A program made the position numbers and the translations under genes. Source: Anaeramoeba ignava BMAN (taxonomy: Eukaryota; Protista; Anaeramoebae). Taken from it: a stretch of 64,000 nt of DNA. How positions within the stretch are numbered: position 1 is the stretch's first letter; each line of letters opens with the position of its first letter. Under the pieces are notes generated by a model, which saw nothing but the letters and a program-made list of their open reading frames with translations, made no database searches and was not told where the DNA came from. The stretch covers positions 1-64,000 of the forward strand of contig JAPDFW010000078.1 of the NCBI GenBank assembly GCA_028826165.1, given 5' to 3'. This document shows positions 52,801 to 64,000 of the stretch, piece after piece.

Positions 52801-55800
52801 CAAAATGAAATATCAAAAGAAGAGTTTCTGGTTACATTCGTTTCAATTTTCACTTTAACACCTTTATTTATAAATGGAAAATCAGGTAAATATAAATAAA
52901 AATATAAATATAAATAAAAATAAAAATAAAAATATATTAATAATTTATCTCTTTTAATTAAATAGAATATCCAAAATTAAGATCATTATCAATCATTTTA
53001 GATTTATTCAAATATTTACCACAAAAAGACAATTTTTTCTACAAATACAAACTTCCATATTTAAAATCATTTGAAATTCAAAGTTCTAAATTAATTTCAT
53101 CAGAATATATTTTAGAGCAAATACAAAAAATCGAAAAACATGAAGAAACATTTTCAAAAGAAGTTATTCCAATTATTATTATACGAGATTTAACAAATTT
53201 TTCAAAGCAAACTTTAGCAAAAATTAGTTTAGAGTTTAATAAAATTTTGAATAACAACAAACTTAGTTTAGTTCTATTAACCAATTCAGATATTAAATTT
53301 AATTTATCAGGGATTACTCTATATAAAGATAGTTTAAAAGAAATTAATTTTGAATCAGAAATTGATCAAATTCTATCTTCATTTTCTCAAAAAATACCAA
53401 AGAAAGAGGAATATAACTTTCTGATTAAAGCATTCACCGAAATTCTTCAAAATCAAGATCTAATAATTAAAGATCAATTTGCTTCAATTATTCAAATAGG
53501 AAATTTACCAAAAAATTTTTATGGAATTGAGGATTTTTATTCCTTTATCGAAATTATTCAAGCTAATCTTGGGAATACTCAAAGAGAAGAAGAAAGATAT
53601 AAAATTTATTATAAATCACTTTTCAGAACTTTTGGTATAAAACCCAAAATATTGCAAAATTATTGTGAATCAATTAAATCCAATAATTTTAGGTATTCTC
53701 AAAAGTTTGATTTCATAGAATCTATGGGCATAAAGGATATTCAATTATTTAAACGCAAAAAACACCATTTAATGATATTTATGCAAGATATTTCATTTTT
53801 CTCATTTGTTTATCAACTCTTTTTCCCAGATTCTGTTATTATTTTTGATCCAAATTTACTATCAACATTAGGAAAATCTTCGGAAATCAAGCAAAAAGAA
53901 ATTATTAAAAACTTGGAAATTGTTAAAAATTGTTTATCAACAGGAAAAACTTTAGTTATTCTTGATTATCCAGAAATTTATCCATTACTACATGAAGTTT
54001 TCATCCAAAATTATAATCAATTAGAGAACGATATCTATATAAAATTATTTTTTGAGAAAGAACCAAAAATACTCACCATTAATCCAAATTTCCAATTAAT
54101 TGTTGTAATAACAGATCCAATTAATCATGAGTTTCTCCAACCATCTTTATTGAATGAATTTGAAAAGCATTTTTTTGATATTTCTGCACTTTTAAAAAGT
54201 TCTAAAATAGTAAAAGAAGGCTTAAAAAATCTACAAGAAGAATTTTCTACTTTTGAGAATTTTGATAAATATCCTATTAAAACACAAAATCTTATTTTAG
54301 GATTCAATCAAAATTTGCTCATTTCTCTCATCCTAAAATACAAAAAAGAAAAAATTTTTCAAGAAGATCAAAAATACGAAAAACAAACATATCAAAAAGA
54401 AATGGATAAATTGATTGAATATTGCAATTTTGATGATATGGAAAAGATTAATTATTATTTATTACAAGAAAATCAAAAGGAGAAGAAGAAGAAAAATAAA
54501 ATTTCATCAATTATTAACCAATACTTTAGCTCTCGTTATAAAAGTTTTGATGATTTTTTTAAAAAAGAAATTATTAAAAACAAAATCAAAAACTCAATAA
54601 TTTTCACAAAAAGTAGAAAAACAGTCTTACTTAATAAATTAAAAGTCAAGGATAAATTTCATTTCCAAGTTTTAGATTTAACACAAAATTCTATATCCAT
54701 AAATGAAGAATTAACGAAATTAATTAATATGGAAAATGACAAGAATATTTTGATGGTTCATTTCAACCAAAATCAATATCATCTTTTTTATTACTTCAGA
54801 ATTCTTATCGAGCAAATAATTTCTCAACAAAAAAGAGAAATGCAGATACAAATGGAAAAAGAAAAAAACCAACATGAAATTTATTCTATCATATTTTTTG
54901 TTCATCTAAATTTTGGTCAAGAAACGAACTCCTTCCATTTTTATTTTGAAGAAAAGTATGATCATTTCTATATTCATGAACTTGATCCATTATTTCCTTT
55001 AGAACCTATATTACCAACTCCGCTCAGTGTTCTTCCAAAAATTAATCTGGAACAAATTTTTAAGTCAATCATTCAGATAACACTTTCACAAATTGCTGAT
55101 TTAACCGATGATAATTTTAATAATCTTACAAAATCAATTATGGATAATTTTGAAAGCATCCAAACCCCAATATTAGATAAAATACAAACAATGCTTGAGA
55201 TTGGAACAAAACAAGATCATTATTATTGTGATTGGATTTCGAAATTTATATCACCAAAGAATGGGAATTATATATTATCTGAAATTACTTCTTATTCACT
55301 ATTTCAAAAATTTATTTCAACATTAATTAATATTTTAGCAATACTTTTCCAAAATGTCAATCAAAATCAAAATTTATTATTGATAAAACCCAAAAAACAA
55401 TCAAAATCTAACGAGTGGTTTTCATTATTCCAAGATTTTAAAATTCCACTTTTCAAAATTCAAACATTAAATGAAAGTAATCAAATGATTGTTTCAAGTA
55501 TTCCATTTTCATCAATAATTTATCCAGCAATTCAACAAACCAAAAATAGTTCCAAGAAAAATCCATTTTTTTCCATTATTGATATACCATTCAATAAAGT
55601 TCCTTCTTCAATTATACAAAGACATAAAGTATTTATCAAAAAATATATGAATGATTTTATAAGATATACTTTAAATGAAGAGCAATTAAGATGTTTTGAA
55701 TCACTTAAAATTGATTTGATAAAATTTATTCTTGCTTCACAAACAGAAAAAAATTCATTAGAAAATTTTAGTTTGAAAGAAATTCACACAATTTATTTCC

Positions 55801-58800
55801 AAAATATTCATTCCAGTTTAATTGATTTACTTGATTTTTATTCAAAAAATAGATTTGATTTGAAAAATGAAGATTTCTCAATCTTTTCATTTATTGAGCA
55901 ATTAATTTCAAATTTAGATCAAAATAAAGAGTTTAGAAAAATAGTTATTGAAGAGAATTCAGATTATATTGAAACTTTTTTTGATCTATTAATTGAATTT
56001 GAGAAAAATGAAGAAAATTCGAAACAAATCCAAAAAATGTATTATCACTGGATTGCAAAAATTTTTTATCATAAATTTTCAATTAATTTAAGTGAATTTC
56101 ATTCAGTTGAAAACAACCAAAACAATTATAAAAAAATTAAGGAAAAAATGAAAATGAATGAAATTGATACAAATTTATTCACAAGAATAGTTCCTACAAA
56201 TTTTAAGATTGAGAATTTGAAAATTTGCAAGAAAAAACAAAAATCATCATCATTTTTTTTAGTATATAGACCAAAAAAAGATCAAGAGTGTCCAGCTTGC
56301 AAAAAAAATATTATAAACTTGAAAAACATTTTACTTCAAGTAATGAAAAGGATATTCAAAAATATAAAGAGGAAAGTGGAAAAGTGATTTGTGATTTCAT
56401 AAAATGTTTATCAGTATATGGAGAATTGATGTTCCGTTATTTTGTTAAGAAGAAGAAGATTATTGGAAAATATCGCTTCAAAATTTTTGAAAATTTTTTA
56501 AATCAATTACATGAAGAAACAAAATTTATTTTTGAAATAAAATCAGATTTATATGAAGCTCTTTTTTCAATTTATATTCCATTATTCAAAAATCTGCTTT
56601 CATTAAATCAAGAAGATCAAGTTCTAGAGTTTATTGATAAAATATTAAAGGAAACAAATTCACAAAAAACTTTGGAAAATTTGCAAAAAAATCCCAAAAA
56701 TATTATTCTTATTTCATGTTTAAAAATACTTGATGAAGATGATAATTTAGTAAATGAATTAATTTTAAATAAAGAATTGGAAATAGAATCTGATTTAGAA
56801 AAAAAAGAAGCAATTAATGATGAAAGTGATGAAAGTGATGAAAATGATGAAAGTGATGAAAATGATGAAAATAATAATAATGATAATAATGATAATGAAA
56901 ATGATAATGAAAATGAAAATGAAAGTGATAGTGATAATGATAATGATAATGATAATGATAATGATAATGATAATGATAATGATAATGATAATGATAATGA
57001 TAATGATAATGATAATGATAATGATAATGATAATGATAATGATAATGATAATGATAATGATAATGATAATGATAATGATAATGATAATGATAATGATAAT
57101 GATAATGATAATGATAATGATAATGATAATGATAATGATAATGATAATGATAGTGATAATGATAGTGATAATGAAAATGAGAAACCAAAATCAAAATCAA
57201 AATCAAAACCAAAACCAAAATCAAAATCAAAACGGAAAAAAAAATTAGATGATAATGATAATGATAATGATAATGATAATGATAGTGATAATGAAAATGA
57301 GAAACCAAAATCAAAATCAAAATCAAAGCCAAATTCAAAATCAAATTCAAAACGGAAAAAAAAATTAGATGATAATGATAATGATAATGATAGTGATAAT
57401 GAAAATGAGAAACCAAAATCAAAATCAAAATCAAAACCAAAACCAAAATCAAAATCAAATTCAAATTCAAAACGGAAAAAAAAATTAGATGATAATGATA
57501 ATGATAATGAAAGTGATAATGAAAATGATAATGATAATGAAAATGAAAAACCAAAATCAAAATCAAAGCCAAAATCAAAATCAAATTCAAAACGGAAAAA
57601 AAAATTAGATGATAATGATAATGATAATGAAAGTGATAATGATAATGATAATGATAGTGATAATGAAAATGAAAAACCAAAATCAAAATCAAAATCAAAT
57701 TCAAAATCAAAATCAAAATCAAAATCAAAATCAAAATCAAAATCAAAACCAAAATCAAAATCAAAATCAAATCAGAAAAAAAAATTAGATGAAGATAAGA
57801 ATAGTGATAATGAAAAATTAAAATCAAATTCAAATCAGAAAAAAAAATTAATTAGAAATAAAAGTGATGATACAAAAAGCTCGTTATTAAAAAGATCATC
57901 AAAATCTTATTCATCTCTAATTCCAAAATCAATATTAAAACCGAAATCAAAAAAAGATTCAGATTTAAATGAAAAATCAGATAAAAACAACCTAAAAAAT
58001 AAAAAAGTAAATATAATTGAAAGCCCAAAAACAAATAGAAAGGTTCAACAAAAACCAAAAACAAAATTAAAGCGATCATCAAAATCACAAAATTTCCAAA
58101 AATCAAAAGAAGAAGAAGAAGAGATAAATCAATTAAATTTAAGTTTATATTTAGATCCAAATACAAATTTGGAAATAGAAAAAGAAAAAGAAATTGTTCC
58201 ATCCTTCTCTAATAATATTACATTACAAATTCTTGCCAAATTTATATTAGCAAAAAAAAGTTGTTTGAGTAATATCAAAGAATTTATCGAAAACACATAC
58301 AAAAATCTTCCAGGCCTAGAAAAGAAATTGTGGATAAAATTCATTTTGGATCAAACACAAAAAAATGAAGGAAGATATGAACTGAAAAGATATATTGACG
58401 AAAAAGTTCCTAAAAATTTCAGAAGACATAAGTTCTACAAAAATATTCAAGATTTAGAATTTGAAAAACAACTTTTTGAAATTAAAATTCCAAATTTAAA
58501 CCCAGATAAATCTTTATTATATTATTACCAAGAAAAAGAAAATGGAAATAAATCAATACATTCAGAATTCGAAAAATCACATGTTAGCTTAATTTCAGAA
58601 AAAACAATTAGCTTTTTTGTTTCTTATTTTTTCCAAAAATTTGAAGAAATTGAATCAAGTTTTAAAAACAAAGAAATTTTCAAAATGGCAATTCATTCTA
58701 TTGAATTTATTAGTGGATTAAAACTCGAACCGTTCAATTATTTATTTTCATCAGATTTAATATCACAAGTTGGAAATTCTGATATTAGACAACAAAAACT

Positions 58801-60865
58801 TGAAAAGATATACTGGCCTTCAATGGGATCTCATCCATTTTATGAAGAATTCAAAAAGGAAAAATTATATTGGAAATTTTGTGAGAATGAACATTTGAAT
58901 TATGTCAAATATTCAGATATGAAACTACAAAATTGGTGTTCTTTTTGTGCAAAAAACATTACTGAAACAACAGACCCAATTTCTGATAAATTTTTCGAGA
59001 ATGTTTTATCATATTCAGTTTCAAAATTCCCAAATCAAAACCCAGCTTTTACATTAAGAGAAATGAATCCCATCACTTTTAGAATTATTCGATTATTAAC
59101 CCATTTAGCAATTATTTCTATTGCTATTCCATCAAATAAATTATCAAAACATTTCATTGAAATAATCAATAATTGTGTTTTCAAACCAGAAAATCAAGAA
59201 GAGCTTATCAAGAATTTATATGATCATATCATAAATGACTTGACAATTTTATCGAAATTAACAAATCTTTCACTTTATCAAGCAATGATTTATTACCATG
59301 AGACTTTAAATTTAATTACTAGAGTTTCGGATTTATCCTTTTCAAAATTTTCCCCAAATAAAAATGGCCGACAAAAATTTGAAGAAATATTTTCCCAAAT
59401 TTATAAAAATAAACACATAGAAATTATACAGAAAATTAAAGAAAAAACAGAAGATGAAATTGAAACAAAATTACAACAACCCAAAATTAATGTGGATATA
59501 TTTAATTTAGAGCCTCCAAATTTATATCCAATTATCAATATGTTTTACCAGAATAAAAACCGGAAATCATATCCTTTGATTCAGCTTGTTCTTGATAATA
59601 CTCAAGAATTTGAAATATTAAATTTATTTGAAGGATTCTTGAAATTCTCAAGCTTTATATTTAATATTCTAAATGGGAAAATCACAAAAGAAGAAAGTGA
59701 AACAATACAAATTAAAAAATTCATAACAAAAGAAACCAAAAGTTTATATTTAGAATTTGAAGATTTTTGGAGATTGAGCACAAAAGAAATGAAATATTTG
59801 CAATTTACAAAAGATATCCAATCAAAAAACTTCATCAACGAAATTAATGGAGAAAAAAAAGTATACATTTGTTTACCAGGAGAATCTAATGAAAATTTAA
59901 TGATTTCAGCATTAATAGAGCATACTATGAATATTCATAACAAATTGGCTAAAATCTTTTTCAATAAAGATAATGATAATGATAATGATAAAAATTCACA
60001 TTTCGATTTAAACTTCCCAGTTACAGTAAATAACTTCAATACAAAACAACTCATTAAATTTGATATCAAAGAATTCAAACATTTCGTTTCTCAAAACATA
60101 ATTCATGATCTGCAAATTGTTGAAGATTATATTTCTCAAAAATTTAGATACTTAAAAAACCCTATTCTTTTAAATCTCAACGAAATCCAAAATTTCTCTT
60201 ATTGGAAAAGAAAAGATGGTTTAAAAACTCAATTTTTACAAAATAAACAATGGAAACAAAAAGATATTTTGAAAGAGGAATGGAAAGAAATTGAAAAAGA
60301 ACTTGATGAGAATAATTTAAAAGAGTTTCTTAATGAAATTATCGAAATTGTGATTAAAAGTTGCAGAAACATCAATCAAGAAAAGAAAGAATTTATTGAA
60401 GGATTAACAGAATTAAGAATATTTGAATATATGAAACAAAAGATGGATTTGAATATTTGCATTTATTTTGAAAAAGGATTGCCAAAATTTGGGGAAATTG
60501 CAAAAATTAAACATCTTTTATTTCTTCATGAAAAATTACCAGAAAACTTTGATTTTTACTTAGAAAATTGCCCTCAAAAGTTTAAAAAAGAATTAACAAC
60601 TTTCCAAATAGAAGTATTGAAAGCTTCTTTTATTAACATTAATACTTATGAATTTTTGAAAGTTTTGAAAAGATTAATAAGAAATATTCATGAAGGATTA
60701 AATTCACAAAATTTAATGAAAGATTTCCTTCTTTTAGTCATTAAAGATCAAGAACTCGAAATTTATAATCAAATTGATGATTATTTTGATAAAAAAAATA
60801 TAATTTACTTAGGAAATTGCATTCCTCTTTATAATTTTTGCTCAGAATTAATATTAATGAAATGA
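46815..60865 (+). CDS. RNF213/mysterin-like giant AAA+/E3-type protein (~4600 aa), one intron (about 52886-52964), six apparent frameshifts
   Basis: FTSSVAGNGKT, VFFNEFNT, CLSTGKTLVIL..INPNFQLIVV..LLNEFEKH, CPAC, RZ-like CxNxH..CxxC, FRIIRLLTHLA occur in the RNF213 order; adjacent ORFs join by single-base shifts. Confidence 0.78.
56818..57830 (+). repeat. Coding repeat: (gataat)n poly-DN followed by 120-nt higher-order units of acidic DN/EN and basic KS/KP blocks
   Basis: aacggaaaaaaaaattagat recurs at 57231, 57351, 57471, 57591. Confidence 0.9.
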
Positions 60866-61851
60866 GGTTTTGATTCTTTCTTTCTTTCTTTTTAAAAACA
60901 AGAGCAAAAATTATTCCATTTTTTTTTTTTCAACAATTCAAATCATTTTCAAAAAAAAAAAAATAAAAACAAAAAGAACAAAAACATTTTAAAAATCAAA
61001 TTCAAAAACGAAACCAAAACAAAATTTAAAATATTAATTAAAAAATAAAGTATTTAATAATTTTAAAACAAAATATAAATAAATTATTATTAAATTATTA
61101 ATTAAATATTAATATAATATTTATTAAATAAAAAAGTGGAATAAATAATTTTAAATATTTAAAAATATTTATTTAAAAATATATATTTTAAAAAAAATAA
61201 AGTATTTAATAATTTTAAAACAAAATATAAATAAATTATTATTAAATTATTAATTAATTATAAATATAATATTAATTAAATAAAAAAGTGGAATAAATAA
61301 TTTTAAATATTAAAATAATAATTTAAAAATATATATTTTAAAAAAATAAAATATTTAATAATTTTAAAACAAAATATAAATAAATTATTATTAAATTATT
61401 ATTTAAATATAATATTAATTAAATAAAAAGTGGAATAAATAATTTTAAAATTTATTTAAAAATATTAATTTAAAATATATATTTTAAAAATAAAATATTT
61501 AATAATTTATTTTAAAAAAAAAATATAAATAAATTATTATTAAATTATTATTTAAATATTAATAAAATATTAATTAAATAAAAAAGTGGAATAAATAATT
61601 TTAAATATTTAAAAATATTAATTTAAAAATATATATTTCAAAAAAAATAAAATATTTAATAATTTTAAAACAAAATATAAATAAATTATTATTAAATTAT
61701 TATTTAAATATTAATAAAATATTAATTAAATAAAAAGTGGAATAAATAATTTTAAATATTTAAAAATATTTAATTTAAAAATATATATTTTAAAAAAAAA
61801 TAAAATAAGAAAAAAAATAAATTAAAATAAATAATTTAATTTATTTAAAAA

Positions 61852-61871
61852 GGTTCTATGGTGTAAGGGTA
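61852..61871 (+). pseudogene. Truncated tRNA-Gln 5' fragment (nt 1-20)
   Basis: ggttctatggtgtaagggta, identical to 62820-62839, with its upstream flank. Confidence 0.9.
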
Positions 61872-62186
61872 TTAAATTATTAATTAAATATTAATAAAAT
61901 ATTAATTAAATAAAAAGTGGAATAAATAATTTTAAATATTTAAAATTATTAATTTAAAAATATATATTTTAAAAAAAATAAAATAAGAAAAAAATAAATT
62001 AAAATTAAATTTATATAAATTATTAAATTATTAATTAATTATTAATATAATATTTAATTAAATAAAAAAGTGGAATAAATAATTTTAAATATTTAAAAAT
62101 ATTAATTTAAAAATATATATTTTAAAAAAAATAAAATAAGAAAAAAAAATAAATTAAAATAAAATTTAATTTATTTTATTAAAAAA

Positions 62187-62206
62187 GGTTCTATGGTGTA
62201 AGGGTA
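62187..62206 (+). pseudogene. Truncated tRNA-Gln 5' fragment (nt 1-20), second copy
   Basis: Identical 20-mer with the same breakpoint. Confidence 0.9.
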
Positions 62207-62819
62207 TTAAATTATTAATTAAATATTAATATAATATTTATTAAATAAAAAAGTGGAATAAATAATTTAAATATTTAAAAATAATAATTTAAAAATATAT
62301 ATTTTAAAAAAAATAAAATATTTAATAATTTTAAAAACAAAATATAAATAAATAATTATTAAATTATTAATTAAATATTAATATAATATTAATTAAATAA
62401 AAAAGTGGAATAAATAATTTTAAATATTTAAAAATATTGATTTAAAAATATATATTTTAAAAAAATAAAATATTTAATAATTTTAAAACAAAATATAAAT
62501 AAATTATTATTAAATTATTAATTAAATATTAATATAATATTAATTAAATAAAAAAGTGGAATAAATAATTTTAAATATTTAAAAATATTAATTTAAAAAT
62601 ATATATTTTAAAAAAAAATAAAATATTTAATAATTTTAAAACAAAATATAAATAAATTAATATTAAATTATTAATTAATTATTAATAAAATATTAATTAA
62701 ATAAAAAAGTGGAATAAATAATTTTAAATATTTAAAAATATTAATTTAAAAATATATATTTTAAAAAAAAATAAAATAAGAAAAAAATAAATTAAAATAA
62801 AATTTAATTTATTTAAAAA

Positions 62820-62890
62820 GGTTCTATGGTGTAAGGGTAGCACGTGAGACTTTGAATCTCACAGTCTAGGTTCAAATCCTGGTAGAACCA
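62820..62890 (+). tRNA. tRNA-Gln(TTG)
   Basis: GGTTCTA/TAGAACC acceptor stem, TGAGA-CT-TTG-AA-TCTCA anticodon arm, GGTTCAAATCC T arm, oligo-T downstream. Confidence 0.95.
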
Positions 62891-62943
62891 TTTATTTTTT
62901 TTTTAATTTTATTTATTTTTTTTTTTTTATTTAAAAAATAAAT

Positions 62944-64000
62944 TTAAAATTTGTTTTTCCATTTTTGAATTGTTTCATTTTTTGGAAAATTTTGGATTGC
63001 TTTTTGAATTAATTTTTGAATTTCAAATCTTTCAATTTCTTCTTTATTTTCTATTTTTATGTTTTAATTTTAATTGTTTTAATTTTAAATTTTGATTTTT
63101 GATTTTAATTTTAATTTTAATTTTAATTTTTACCTTGATTTTTGATAATAATATCCCATAATATTGATATTCCACTTTCTTGAATTTCTTCATTCTTTTC
63201 AAATATTTTCATTGTTGAAATGATTGTTTCAATTCCTTTCATCCTTTTAATTTCTTTTAAATTTTCTATTTATTATTTTGTATTTAATTATAAATTTAAT
63301 ATTATTTTTCTTTCTTTAATATTATTTTTTTGATTTCTTTCTTTCATTTACCTTCATTTTCAAAAATACAATTAAATAATGTTCTAATTCCATTTTCTTG
63401 AATTTTTTCATGATCTGGAAATTTATTCATTACATTAATAATTGTTTTAATTCCTTCTATTTCTCTCATTTTATTTTTATTATCTTTTTTTAAATTTTAA
63501 TATTAATTTTGAATTTTAATTTTAATTTTAATTTTGATTTTAATTTTAATTTTGATTTTGATTTTGATTTTGATTTTGATTTTGAATTTTAATTTTAATT
63601 TTAATTTTGATTTTGATTTTAAATTTTGATTTTAATTTTAATTTTGATTTTGATTTTGATTTTGATTTTGATTTTGATTTTATTTTTAATTTTAATTTTG
63701 ATTTTGATTTTGATTTTGATTTTGATTTTGATTTTTAATTGGATTTTTTACTGTTATTATCAAAAATAATATTCATTAATGCTCCACATCCTTTTTCTTG
63801 AATTAATTCATTGTTTTCAAATTCTTTCATTGCTGAAATAATTCTTTCAATTCCTTTCATTTCTCCGATTACTTCTCGATTTTCTGATTTTTATTTTATA
63901 TTTTAATTTTGATTTTTGTTTTTTTGAATTTTGATTTTTACTTTTATCAAATCCAATATTCCATAAAATACGAATTCCAATATATTGAATTCCTTTATCA
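62944..64000 (-). CDS. Armadillo-repeat protein (LRRK2/aardvark-like ARM), 3' part only, missed by the ORF track
   Basis: Exons encode ENREVIGEMKGIERIISAMKEFENNELIQEKGCGALMNI and homologous repeats; stop at 62944-62946. Confidence 0.85.

Larger units (their letters stand above)
61040..62819 (+). repeat. ~150-bp tandem array (about 11 units) directly upstream of tRNA-Gln, containing two tRNA 5' fragments
   Basis: Marker aaaagtggaataaataat recurs about every 150 bp, and about 180 bp in units carrying tRNA fragments. Confidence 0.9.

Noticed and set aside
47071-56387. Stop-codon reassignment or Euplotes-type AAA-TAR frameshifting
   Set aside because: Genes end normally in TAA/TGA, and the inferred shift sites are homopolymers lying upstream of, not at, the stops
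56814-57833. Minus-strand poly-HY ORF suggesting a metal-binding protein
   Set aside because: Antisense reading of the (gataat)n coding repeat
46815-60865. Intein or transposon insertion explaining the giant ORFs
   Set aside because: No Hint motifs (C/S start, TxxH, HN-C/S/T end), LAGLIDADG, RT or transposase signatures seen by eye; the ORFs are collinear parts of one protein

Overview
Extremely AT-rich, gene-dense eukaryotic (protist) chromosome segment using the standard code and GT-AG spliceosomal introns. Composition and gene style suggest an anaerobic metamonad/amoeboid such as Anaeramoeba; this is inference only. I reconstructed 17 protein genes by hand: an unknown 3' exon, VPS35, a tandem F-type lectin, cytosolic leucyl-tRNA synthetase, a DsbA-like oxidoreductase, a PPxY-motif membrane protein, PI31, TSG101/VPS23, a C2 protein, two tandem bacterial-type PepD dipeptidases, an IQ-DH-PH-kelch RhoGEF, SPT5, a PDI/ERp29-type protein, an SGF29-Tudor protein, a ~14 kb RNF213-like gene and a partial ARM-repeat gene. 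There are also tRNA-Thr(CGT, with intron) and tRNA-Gln(TTG). The most unusual signals are: (1) introns inflated by a small, mostly sense-oriented vocabulary of 4-18 bp tandem repeats, with reciprocal expansion in the recently duplicated pepD pair; (2) a ~150 bp tandem array upstream of tRNA-Gln that has captured the first 20 nt of the tRNA twice; (3) an RNF213-like giant with degenerate catalytic motifs and multiple single-base frameshifts; (4) an intronless SPT5 forming a sharp GC-rich island; (5) a candidate two-hairpin H/ACA RNA upstream of SPT5. Most short ORFs in the ORF track are artefacts of repeats or antisense frames. All family calls come from motif recall, not database searches.
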